This document shows positions 36,809 to 45,294 of a stretch of 64,000 bases of DNA, in pieces (position 1 is the first letter of the stretch; each line of letters begins with the position of its first letter). Origin of the DNA: Verrucomicrobiota bacterium (GTDB lineage: Bacteria; Verrucomicrobiota; Verrucomicrobiia; Limisphaerales; J093). A program made the position numbers and the translations under genes. The stretch is taken from NCBI GenBank assembly GCA_040766265.1, contig JAXGQW010000010.1, positions 363-64,362 on the forward strand. Direction: 5' to 3'. Below the pieces are notes generated by a model. The model made no database searches and had not been told where the DNA came from. It worked only from the letters and a program-made list of their open reading frames with translations.

Positions 36809-37152
36809 GATTGCGCTTCCTTCCCCTGGTCGGATTTCAATCGCTCCAATGCGTGTGTCAAGATGGGCCAGTAGGCGTTCATCTCCGCCAGGCGCACCTT
36901 GCCCCGCGGCGTGAGCGCAAAATAGCGGCGCGGCGGCCCGGCATCCGAACGCGCATCCCGCGACTTGAGATATCCGTCGTCGCGCAGCCGGCCCAGGATG
37001 GGATAGACCGTGCTCTCCGAGACCGAGAGATCCTCGATGCGTTTGAGCGCCTGCACGATTTCGTACCCGTAGTTCTCCCCCCGCCGCAGCACGAGCAGCA
37101 GGCAGTACTCGATCAGCCCCTTGCGCAACTGGGTGATCCAGCCCTCGATCAT
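36805..37152 (-). CDS. PadR-family transcriptional regulator
   Basis: QLRKGLIE..LL.L...YGYEI...ESTVYP.L.RL...GPPRRYF.LT..G; 4-bp overlap with A2M start. Confidence 0.95.
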   Translation of the reverse strand: MIEGWITQLRKGLIEYCLLLVLRRGENYGYEIVQALKRIEDLSVSESTVYPILGRLRDDGYLKSRDARSDAGPPRRYFALTPRGKVRLAEMNAYWPILTHALERLKSDQGKEAQS

Positions 37153-37162
37153 GAGCTACTCC

Positions 37163-37205
37163 GTATCACATATTACGCAATACAGAATACAGAACGGCCC
37201 GTCAA
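37163..37205 (-). promoter_or_regulatory. Putative padR promoter with overlapping palindromic operator
   Basis: AT-rich imperfect palindrome GTATCACATATTACGCAATAC (37163-37183, 7/10 pairs); TTGACG -35 on minus strand at 37200-37205. Confidence 0.55.
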
Positions 37206-37295
37206 GTCTCATCGGGGCCGCATGGGTCCGCGTCTTGGAGGTCTCCGGCTTCACGGTCGTGACAACTCCATGAAAGATGCGGGCGGTGTCCCGCC

Positions 37296-37535
37296 CCAGC
37301 CTGCATTTCTCACCACTTTTTGCCACCGCGAAGCCAGAGTTCTCAAGAGAAGTCAGCATGCAGGCTGGGAAAGCAAAACCGCGCCCGAGTGGAGGGATTC
37401 AACCGGGCAACAGGATGTCGCCGCACCTGCGAGGTTCCGGAAGCGCTCCAAACCTCGTCTTTCCCTGTGCGGGCGCGGTTTTGCCACAGCCCGGATTTCG
37501 TTGTCATCCTCCCGGCGGTGAGAAATCCGGGCCAG
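37296..37535. repeat. Stacked hairpin-cassette (MITE-like) array 1: A-B-A'
   Basis: A 37296-37368 nearly identical to 49822-49894; B ends GCAAAACCGCGCCC/GGGCGCGGTTTTGC; A' ends CCCGGATTT/AAATCCGGG. Confidence 0.8.
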
Positions 37536-37597
37536 GTGCGATTCGCGAGAGAACAGGCGGCTTCCCCTGTGGCTGTGAAGAAGGGTACGCTGGACCC

Positions 37598-38344
37598 ATG
37601 AATGGTCTGACGGCGAGGTTGATGGTGTTCACGAGCGGGTTCATTGTCATGGTTCTCGAGATCGTGGGCGCTCGTTTCCTGGGCAGGGATTTCGGCGGTT
37701 CATTCTATGTGTGGGTCAGCCAGATCGGCGTCATCCTGATCGCCCTGGCCGCAGGCTCGTACCTCGGCGGCGCCTGGGCGGACCGGGCACAGCGGTTGCG
37801 TCCGATCGGCGTCTGCCTGCTGATCGCGGGCCTGTTCACGGCGCTCCAGCCCGAGCTGGCTCCGCCCCTGATCGTGTCGATCGTCGCGCGACATCCCGCG
37901 GACGCGCCCATTCCGATGGTTTGGCAGAAGTTGGATCCCGTCCTGGGCAGCGCGGTGGTGTTTCTTCTGCCGGCGCTGGCTCTGGCCACACTGCCGCCGT
38001 ACCTGATCCGATGGTCGACTGGCAGTCTGGACCGGCTCGGACGCTCGAGCGCGGCGATTGTCGCGTCCAACACGCTGGGCGGAATTGCCGGCGTGTTTGC
38101 CACAGGGTATGTTTTGCTGGACGTGATGCGGATATCCAGCATTTTCCGGCTCATGGGAGCGTTGATCGCAGTGCTCGCCGTTTGTTGCCTGTGCGCGGAT
38201 CGCCGCGGGTCAAGGGCGGGTCGAAACCTGGCCCGCATGTGCCATGAACTTGTGACCGCGGCGAAGCCGAACGCCTCCGAAGGTGTGCCAATGCGGGCTG
38301 GAACATTGCCGGCTGCTGCCGGCGTTTCCACGAGTTGCTCATGA
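37598..38344 (+). CDS. Membrane (MFS-like) half of split spermidine-synthase-like protein
   Basis: SGFIVMVLEI.GAR.L...FG.S..VW...IGV.L.ALA.G..LGG..AD; probable ATG 37598. Confidence 0.82.
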   Translation: MNGLTARLMVFTSGFIVMVLEIVGARFLGRDFGGSFYVWVSQIGVILIALAAGSYLGGAWADRAQRLRPIGVCLLIAGLFTALQPELAPPLIVSIVARHPADAPIPMVWQKLDPVLGSAVVFLLPALALATLPPYLIRWSTGSLDRLGRSSAAIVASNTLGGIAGVFATGYVLLDVMRISSIFRLMGALIAVLAVCCLCADRRGSRAGRNLARMCHELVTAAKPNASEGVPMRAGTLPAAAGVSTSCS

Positions 38345-39303
38345 TGCTGCGAAGACACGGCGTGTTGGCGGCTCTTGTCCTGGGGTTACTCGCAGCCCGG
38401 GTAACCGTCGCCGGCGGCGGAACGGTGGTATTCGAGACCACGTCGGTCTACCACCATATTCGCGTGGTCGAGGCGGGGGGATACCGCTCCCTCCTGTTCG
38501 ACAGCTCCGAGCAGTCGCGGATTGCGCTGGCCGACCCGGAGGCCGGCCGTTTCGAGTACATTGATTACTTCTTCATGCCGTGGCTTTGGAACGCGGCGAT
38601 GACGAACGTCCTGATGATCGGCCTGGGCGGCGGCAGCGCGCAGCAGGCATACGCGCGTTATTGCCCCGGAGTGACGGTCGAGACGGTCGAGATCGACCCC
38701 GTCGTATTGAAGGTGGCGGAGGACTATTTCGGCTTCCGCCAATCGCCGCGGCAGCGAGTCGTTATTTCGGACGGCAGGATGTTTCTGCAGCGCAGCCGGC
38801 GACAGTACGACGCGGTGCTCGTCGACGCCTATGTCGAAGGGCGGTATGGCGCCTCGATCCCATATCACCTCGCCACGCAGGAGTTCTTCCGGCTTGTCAA
38901 CGACCGGCTCGCTCCCAACGGCGTCGTCGCCTACAACTGCATCGGCGTGTTGCAGAGCGACAAGGCGGATTTGGTCGGGGCGCTCCATCGGACAATGAAA
39001 TCCGTGTTTCCCCAGGTCTACCTCTTCCCCGCGCGCGAGAGTTGGAATGTGGTGCTGGTGGGGACCCGCAATGCCGAGGCGAAGAGGGCTCACGAGCTTT
39101 GGCCCAACGCCATGCCAGCGTGGCAATCGGGCCGAATGCGGCTCCCGACGTTCTTTCAGCGGCTGGGTGTCTTGCGCGTCGCGCCGCCTTCGAGCTCCGT
39201 CAACTCGCCTTTGCTGGCGGACGACTACGCGCCCGTGGACGGACTGTTGGGAGGCATGCGGCCCTTAGAGCGGTCATTTCACACGCTTCGCGAGGAACCA
39301 TAA
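38341..39303 (+). CDS. Spermidine-synthase-like SAM-dependent transferase domain protein
   Basis: S.YHHIRV, VLMIGLGGG, VEIDP.V, DGR.FL, YD.VLVDAY, L.DDYAPVD. Confidence 0.85.
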   Translation: MMLRRHGVLAALVLGLLAARVTVAGGGTVVFETTSVYHHIRVVEAGGYRSLLFDSSEQSRIALADPEAGRFEYIDYFFMPWLWNAAMTNVLMIGLGGGSAQQAYARYCPGVTVETVEIDPVVLKVAEDYFGFRQSPRQRVVISDGRMFLQRSRRQYDAVLVDAYVEGRYGASIPYHLATQEFFRLVNDRLAPNGVVAYNCIGVLQSDKADLVGALHRTMKSVFPQVYLFPARESWNVVLVGTRNAEAKRAHELWPNAMPAWQSGRMRLPTFFQRLGVLRVAPPSSSVNSPLLADDYAPVDGLLGGMRPLERSFHTLREEP

Positions 39304-39308
39304 CCGGG

Positions 39309-39382
39309 CTAGCGCGCATTTCTCAGCAACTTCTGAAGAACGCGGAGCTGGTGTCATCGAAAAGTGCACTCATGCGCGCTAG
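39309..39382. repeat. Solo A-type hairpin cassette flanked by CTAG
   Basis: CTAG-CGCGCAT...ATGCGCG-CTAG; 4 mismatches against 44798-44871. Confidence 0.85.
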
Positions 39383-39390
39383 CATGCGGG

Positions 39391-39951
39391 TTAGTTCCAC
39401 GAGAGGTCCTCGGGGGACTCCGCCAGGAGGCGATAGCGCCATCCTTTCTTTCTCAGGATATGTTGCCAGAGCCTCGCGGGTTCTGTGTGAAAAACCAGAT
39501 CGACTGTGGCCGGGTGAACCAGCCAGGCGTTGCGACGCATTTCATCCTCGAGCTGGCCCGGGCTCCAGCCGGCGTAGCCGGCGAAGAGCCTGAACTGTTG
39601 AGTGGATGAAAAGGAGTCGCCCAACTCGACAAGCTCGTCGAGCGAGTGGCTCAATCCGAGATTGGGGAGGACGTTGGCATTGGGGAGGTAGGAATCGGTG
39701 TGCAGAAAGCTCATGGCGGTCCCCTGAACAGGGCCGCCGACAAAGAGCGGGAGTTCCTTGATCCGATCGGGCAGGTCGGCGACAAGCGCGTCCCCCACCC
39801 TGTTGCCGCTGAGTTTGTTGAGGACCAGACCGAAAGCGCCCTCGGCGTCGTGCTGGCAAATCAGCACGACCGTGCGATGAAACCACGATCCATAAAGGTT
39901 GCCGCCGTCCAACAGCAATTGGCCTTTCAGGAATTTGGGTGCCTTTGGCAT
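39391..39951 (-). CDS. YqgE/AlgH family protein
   Basis: F.RTVVLICQH..EGAFGLVLN, GGPV, GYAGWSPGQLE.E; ATG 39951. Confidence 0.92.
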   Translation of the reverse strand: MPKAPKFLKGQLLLDGGNLYGSWFHRTVVLICQHDAEGAFGLVLNKLSGNRVGDALVADLPDRIKELPLFVGGPVQGTAMSFLHTDSYLPNANVLPNLGLSHSLDELVELGDSFSSTQQFRLFAGYAGWSPGQLEDEMRRNAWLVHPATVDLVFHTEPARLWQHILRKKGWRYRLLAESPEDLSWN

Positions 39952-40105
39952 GGTCCGATCTTCAGTCGACCGCCTGCGGTCCCGCGGCGCCCCAGCCGGA
40001 AGAGGCGGCGTGCCGATGCCCGCAGGCCGCCCGGCTGTCATTTGCGGCGCAACGAGACTGTGCAACAAGCTTGTCAGTCTGACAACCTCGATTAGATTGA
40101 CGCCC

Positions 40106-40267
40106 ATGAGTGCATCCGGACGAAGACTTGGATGGCTGGTTTTGCTCCTGGCGTTGGCAACCTGGCTCGGCGCGGGGTGTGCCAGCGATTCGGGCAGCAA
40201 GGAGTACATTCCAGGCAAAGGCTGGAGATCAACGGCGGTCGAATCCGGGCCAGCACGGGGCGGTTGA
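40106..40267 (+). CDS. Small putative lipoprotein (53 aa)
   Basis: Basic N-terminus, hydrophobic stretch, LGAGC lipobox, then EYIPGKGW; 18 bp upstream of the ClC gene. Confidence 0.6.
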   Translation: MSASGRRLGWLVLLLALATWLGAGCASDSGSKEYIPGKGWRSTAVESGPARGG

Positions 40268-40285
40268 TCTCGGGAGCGTGACTTC

Positions 40286-42106
40286 ATGGCGTTCGGGCGC
40301 CTGACGTGGGAGCGACTCGCGGCGGCCGGCCAGGCTTATTTGGCGCGCCGGTGGCAGCGGTTGCTCGCCCTGCGACAGCGCCTGCGTCTCAGCGAAGACG
40401 CCATCCACATCGCGCTCGCGGTCGCGATCGGCTTGGTGGCGGGACTGACTAACTTCGTCTTCTTCGGTGCGACGGAACTTATCAAATGGCTGACCCTGAA
40501 CCGGCTGGGTGATCTGACGGAGATCGCGGAGGGACTGGGGCCCTGGACGCGGCTGGCGGGGCCGGCGCTGGGCGGTCTGGTGGCGGGGCTGGCGCTGCAT
40601 TGGGGCCTGCGCGTGGTGGGCACTCAGGGCTCGACCAACTTGCTCGAGGTGGTGGTGGCTGGCGATGGCCGATTGCCCTTTCGCACAACCGGCATCAAAT
40701 CGCTCTCGTCCCTGATCAGCATCGCCACCGGCGCATCGATCGGACGCGAAGGATCGCTCATCCAGCTTTCGGCGACCTTCGCGTCGCAGGGGGGGCAGCG
40801 CTTGCGCTGGCCACCCTATCGCTTGCGGCTGATGGTGGCGTGCGGTGCCGCGGCAGGAATGGCCGCGGCCTACAACGCCCCGATTGCGGGCGCCGTCTTT
40901 GCCGCCCAGATCGTGCTCGGCAATTTCGCGATGAATCTGTTCGCACCCCTGGTGTGCGCCTCGGTCTCGGCGGCGGTTGTGTCGCGCAGCTTTTTCGGCA
41001 TCGAACCCTGGTACACGGTGCCCGACTTCAACTTCACCAGCCTGACGCAATTGCCGTGGTTTGTAGTGCTCGGGGCGGCCTCGGGAACCCTCGGCGCCCT
41101 GTTTCTGAAAATGCTGAGGTGGGGGGAAACCCTGTTCGATCGGACCGGATGGCCGATCCATATCCGGCTGGCCGCCGCCGGACTGGTGGTCGGATCCCTG
41201 GCGATCCAGGTGCCGGAGGTGTGGGGCAACGGCTACGTCGTCACGTCGCGCATCCTCGGCGACGAGGGCATCTACAGCACGTTGTTTGTGCTGGCCTTGC
41301 TCGGCGCCAAGCTCGTTGCCACCGCCTTGACCGTAGGCGCAGGGACGGTGGGCGGCGTGTTCACGCCCACTTTGTTTCTCGGCGCGGCGATGGGGAGCCT
41401 CTTTGGCCACGGGCTGCACGCCTTGGGTCTGGCGGACGCCCTTCCGGCGGGGGCGTTTGCGCTCGTCGGCATGGGCAGCGTCCTGGCCGCGACCACACGC
41501 TCGCCGCTGCTCGCCATGATCATCGTATTCGAGATCTCGCTCAATTACTCACTGATGCCGGCTTTGATGATCGCGTGCGCGGTCGGCACGCTGGTGGGAC
41601 GCGGCCTGCACCCGGCATCCATCTACACCGAACCGCTGCAGCGCAAAGGACTGTTTGTCGAGACCGAGAGCGCGCGCCTCGGCGCGGCCATTGAACGAAC
41701 CGTCGGCGACCTCATGCTGGCCCCGATCGCGCCGGTGCGCGAGACCACGCCGCTCCAGGAGATTGGCCAGCGTTTTCTCACGATCCCGAACAACTACCTG
41801 CCGGTTGTGGATGCTCGCCAGCGCCTGGTGGGAGTGGTGTCTCTGCACGATCTGAAGGGGCACTTGAACGCCGGAGACGAACTCCGGGCCGTGATCGCGC
41901 TGGATATCATGCGCCCGCCTCCCCCGTGCCTGACGCCCAATCAGAGGCTCCAGGACGCCCTCCCCGTCCTTCTTTCGAGCGAAATGCGCAATGTCCCCGT
42001 GGTGAACAACCTGCTCGAATTCCGGCTCACCGGGTCACTCTCGCGCGGCGAAGCGCTCAGGCTTTTCACCGACGCCATCGCCGCCCGGCAGGCGGCGCAC
42101 GATTGA
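40286..42106 (+). CDS. ClC-family chloride channel/transporter with CBS pair
   Basis: GREGS, YNAPIAG, GGVFTPTL, SIY; C-terminal CBS domains. Confidence 0.92.
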   Translation: MAFGRLTWERLAAAGQAYLARRWQRLLALRQRLRLSEDAIHIALAVAIGLVAGLTNFVFFGATELIKWLTLNRLGDLTEIAEGLGPWTRLAGPALGGLVAGLALHWGLRVVGTQGSTNLLEVVVAGDGRLPFRTTGIKSLSSLISIATGASIGREGSLIQLSATFASQGGQRLRWPPYRLRLMVACGAAAGMAAAYNAPIAGAVFAAQIVLGNFAMNLFAPLVCASVSAAVVSRSFFGIEPWYTVPDFNFTSLTQLPWFVVLGAASGTLGALFLKMLRWGETLFDRTGWPIHIRLAAAGLVVGSLAIQVPEVWGNGYVVTSRILGDEGIYSTLFVLALLGAKLVATALTVGAGTVGGVFTPTLFLGAAMGSLFGHGLHALGLADALPAGAFALVGMGSVLAATTRSPLLAMIIVFEISLNYSLMPALMIACAVGTLVGRGLHPASIYTEPLQRKGLFVETESARLGAAIERTVGDLMLAPIAPVRETTPLQEIGQRFLTIPNNYLPVVDARQRLVGVVSLHDLKGHLNAGDELRAVIALDIMRPPPPCLTPNQRLQDALPVLLSSEMRNVPVVNNLLEFRLTGSLSRGEALRLFTDAIAARQAAHD

Positions 42107-42117
42107 TCCGCACGCCG

Positions 42118-42396
42118 TCAGTCTTGGGCACGAATTCGGTCTTTTTTGGTCTCGAGTTCGGCCTGGAGCTTTGCGCGCTCGGCCGCAAGGATGCGCCGGG
42201 CCTGCTCGACTGCTTCGATGTCCCCTTTGATTTCCGCGGCGCGTGCGTCGTTTGTGAGCGCAATCTCACGCTCGGCGATCTTGGCCGCGTAGATCGAATC
42301 GAGTTCGGCGAGTTTCGTCTTCTGGGCGCCCGAGAGCTTCTTGATCGGCGAGTCTCGATTGAGCCGCTCCATGGCCAGTTCGTAAGCTGACTTCAT
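42118..42396 (-). CDS. Small coiled-coil hypothetical protein
   Basis: MKSAYELAMERL start at 42396; 92 aa, helical. Confidence 0.75.
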   Translation of the reverse strand: MKSAYELAMERLNRDSPIKKLSGAQKTKLAELDSIYAAKIAEREIALTNDARAAEIKGDIEAVEQARRILAAERAKLQAELETKKDRIRAQD

Positions 42397-42481
42397 AAAT
42401 CGTTTTGACAAAGGCGCATATGACACGATTCTGCCCGCTGCGCAAGGGCGCAACCGAACCCTTTGGACCTCGACTCAAATC

Positions 42482-43285
42482 ATGTCATTGCCCGTTCAGC
42501 TCATATCAACCGATTTCGATGGCACAATCTTCACCGAATTCGAGAACCCGCCGGTGCCCGAAACCCTGCAGCGACTGCTCCAGGACCTCCAGGCTCGGGG
42601 AGCCCGCTGGGTCATCAACACCGGACGCGACCTGACCAGCCTGATGGAGGCCATGGCGCGGTCCGGCCTTGGCGTTCGGCCGGACTACCTGGTGCTCGTG
42701 GAACGCGAGATCTACATCCATCAGGATCATCGCTATGTCGGTCTGGCAGACTGGAACGACCGCTGTGCGCGCGACCACGCGGCCCTCTACAAGCGAATGC
42801 GCGCCGATGTGCCGCGCCTGACGGCCTGGATCAACGAGCACTTCAACGCCGAGGTCTACGCCGACCCCTGGTCCCCTCTCTGCCTGCTGGCTCGGTCCAA
42901 TCCGGACACCGACGCCATCGAGGCTTTCCTGCGCGAGTACTGCCGCACCGTGCCGAACCTGACGATCACCCGCAACGACGTCTACGCCCGGTTCAGTCAC
43001 ACCGCGTACTCGAAGGGCACCGCCCTGACCGAGATTGCACGCCGCCTGGGAATCGCATCGGCCAACATCTTCGCGGTCGGCGATCATCTCAACGACCTGC
43101 CCATGCTCAAGAAGGAAATCGCCGGATACCTGGCTGCCCCGTCCAATGCCCTGCCCGAGGTCAAGGCCGCCGTCCAGCAGCAAGGCGGCCTCGTCAGCCA
43201 TCTCCCCCACGGCCACGGCGTGGCGCGCGCCTTAAAAACCGTCCTGACTCGCTTTTTTGCTGACTCGAAGCATCCCTCCCCCTAA
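42482..43285 (+). CDS. HAD-superfamily IIB hydrolase
   Basis: STDFDGT, NTGR, SKGTAL, GD.LND..M. Confidence 0.92.
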   Translation: MSLPVQLISTDFDGTIFTEFENPPVPETLQRLLQDLQARGARWVINTGRDLTSLMEAMARSGLGVRPDYLVLVEREIYIHQDHRYVGLADWNDRCARDHAALYKRMRADVPRLTAWINEHFNAEVYADPWSPLCLLARSNPDTDAIEAFLREYCRTVPNLTITRNDVYARFSHTAYSKGTALTEIARRLGIASANIFAVGDHLNDLPMLKKEIAGYLAAPSNALPEVKAAVQQQGGLVSHLPHGHGVARALKTVLTRFFADSKHPSP

Positions 43286-43303
43286 AACTCGATGCCACCT
43301 CGT

Positions 43304-44677
43304 ATGAAGGCTCGACGACGTCCCGTTTCACCAGGCCCAACTGGACTCACGCGGCGCTGTTTTCTCCGTCGCGCCATCGCCCATTCGGCGATCCTCGTTG
43401 TGCCGTCGCGCGTGCTCGGGCGCGGCGGCCAGACCGCGCCGAGCATGAGGCTGAATCTGGCGTGCATCGGGGCCGGCGGGCGCGGTCAAGCGGATCTCGA
43501 TGGTGTGAAGAGCGAGGTCCTTGTGGCCCTGTGTGACGTCGATGAGACCCGCGCCGCCGGGGCGTTGAAGGCGTTTCCGAAGGCGAAGTTCTTCACGGAT
43601 TATCGCCAGTTGTACGATCGGGTCGGGCGCGAGCTTGACGGCGTCGTGGTGGCCACTCCCGATCACACACACGCCGTTGCCGCCTTGGGAGCGATCCGCA
43701 TGGGCAAGCACGTGTATTGCGAAAAGCCGCTCGCGCACTCGCTCGCCGAGGTCCGCACCCTCACCCGCGCGGCACGCAGCGCCAAGATCATCACCCAGGT
43801 CGGCAACCAGGGACATTCCTCGGATTCCATCCGGCAGTTCGTCGAGATGGTGCGGGCGAGCGCTATCGGCACGGTGCGGGAAATCCACTTGTGGAATCAG
43901 AACTCCTACCGGCCGCGCGCTCACCGGACGCGGCCCTCGACAGGCGAAGCGCCCCCCTCGACCTTGCACTGGGATCTCTGGCTCGGGCCCGCGCGGCAAC
44001 GCCCTTACCATTCGGTCTACCACCCCGGTCGATGGCGCGGCTGGATCGATTTCGGGACCGGCATTATTGGCGATTGGACCTGTCACCAGCTCGATCCGTC
44101 GTATTGGGCGCTCGACCTGGGATGTCCTCTCTGGGTCCAGGCGGAATCCGAGGAGTACGACGACGCCAACGTGCGCGCCGAGACTTTTCCCGCCGTGTCG
44201 ACGGTCACGTACGCATTCCCCGCCCGCGGCCAGCGACCGCCGGTCACGGTGAAATGGTTTACCGGCCGGCTTGCGCCGCGTCCGCAGGAACTCGAAGCTC
44301 AGCGTCAAATGCCACAGATCGGCGCCCTGCTCTTCGGGGACCGCGGCACCATCATGCACGGTTCGCACGGCGCGGGCGGAGCCCAGATCATCCCCGCGGA
44401 GAGAGACCGGGCCTACCAACGCCCGCCGCAGACCATTCCGCGCGTCCCGGGGCACTATGAGGATTGGATTCGCGCCTGCAAGGAGGGCCGGGCGGCCGGG
44501 TCCGGCTTCGAGTATGGCGGGCCGTTGACCGAGGTGGCGTTGCTGGGCGTCCTGGCGCAGCGGTTCAACGGACAGAAGCTCGAGTGGGACGCGGACGCGT
44601 TGAAGGTCACGAACCACCCCGAGGCCAACCTGTGGGTGAATCCGCCCAGCCGTCAGGGCTGGGAGCTTGTGGCGTGA
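43304..44677 (+). CDS. Gfo/Idh/MocA oxidoreductase with Tat-like signal
   Basis: TRRCFL, IGAGGRG, ATPDHTH, YCEKPL, GDWTCH. Confidence 0.92.
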   Translation: MKARRRPVSPGPTGLTRRCFLRRAIAHSAILVVPSRVLGRGGQTAPSMRLNLACIGAGGRGQADLDGVKSEVLVALCDVDETRAAGALKAFPKAKFFTDYRQLYDRVGRELDGVVVATPDHTHAVAALGAIRMGKHVYCEKPLAHSLAEVRTLTRAARSAKIITQVGNQGHSSDSIRQFVEMVRASAIGTVREIHLWNQNSYRPRAHRTRPSTGEAPPSTLHWDLWLGPARQRPYHSVYHPGRWRGWIDFGTGIIGDWTCHQLDPSYWALDLGCPLWVQAESEEYDDANVRAETFPAVSTVTYAFPARGQRPPVTVKWFTGRLAPRPQELEAQRQMPQIGALLFGDRGTIMHGSHGAGGAQIIPAERDRAYQRPPQTIPRVPGHYEDWIRACKEGRAAGSGFEYGGPLTEVALLGVLAQRFNGQKLEWDADALKVTNHPEANLWVNPPSRQGWELVA

Positions 44678-44797
44678 ATCCCGGGCCGCGGAACGGCCTG
44701 TCTGGCGCAGTGGGTTCTTTGATTCGTGATCATCCGCGCCTGGGCCTGGCGGCGGGGTAACGTTGGATGGAGGGCGTAGGGGTCTGTGAAACCCGCG

Positions 44798-45230
44798 CTA
44801 GCGCGCATTTCTCACCAACTTCTGAAGAACGCGGAGCCGATGTCATCGAAAGGTGCACTCATGCGCGCTAGCAACCTTGACCGGTGAAACTTGTTGTAAA
44901 CAAGTCAAGTTTCTGTGCTGCGTTGAAGGGGTCAAGGATTCTAAGGAACGAGGCGCGGGAGAGAGGGGCGGGGAAACACGGGGACTCCTCATGGAAAGGA
45001 GGACTGGATTTGGTCTGAGGCGCGCCTCGTTAGCAAAGGAGAGTCGGCTCATCGGTTCATCAAAGCCGGGATACGCCCCAGCCGCTTGGGCGACCCGGGC
45101 ACGCCGACACAGTGTGGTCGAGATTGGGTCCAACTGTTTGGGGCGCGGGTTTCTGAGAGCCCGCATTTCAGGTGAAATGTGGCGGTGACCGGTCAGATGA
45201 CATCAACAGTTGGTGAGAAATGCGGGCTAA
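44798..45230. repeat. Stacked hairpin-cassette array 2: A-D-C-B*-A'
   Basis: Junctions CTAG 44798, CTAG 44868, CTAA 44941, TTAG 45030, CTAA 45227; IR pairs CGCGCAT, CCTTGACC, AACGAGGCGCG, CCCGCATTTC. Confidence 0.8.
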
Positions 45231-45248
45231 GATTCTTGATGCGGCCTA

Positions 45249-45276
45249 TTGAAAACCGCGGCGGTCTTCCTATAGT
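45249..45276 (+). promoter_or_regulatory. Putative sigma70 promoter of speA
   Basis: TTGAAA-N16-TATAGT, 18 bp before the ATG. Confidence 0.55.
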
Positions 45277-45294
45277 GCCGCCCACGATTCAGAA

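Noticed and set aside
44798-45230. CRISPR/TIGR array or polyamine riboswitch upstream of speA
   Set aside because: No constant repeat-spacer period and no cas/tas gene; modules recur at unrelated loci and lie upstream of the predicted speA promoter
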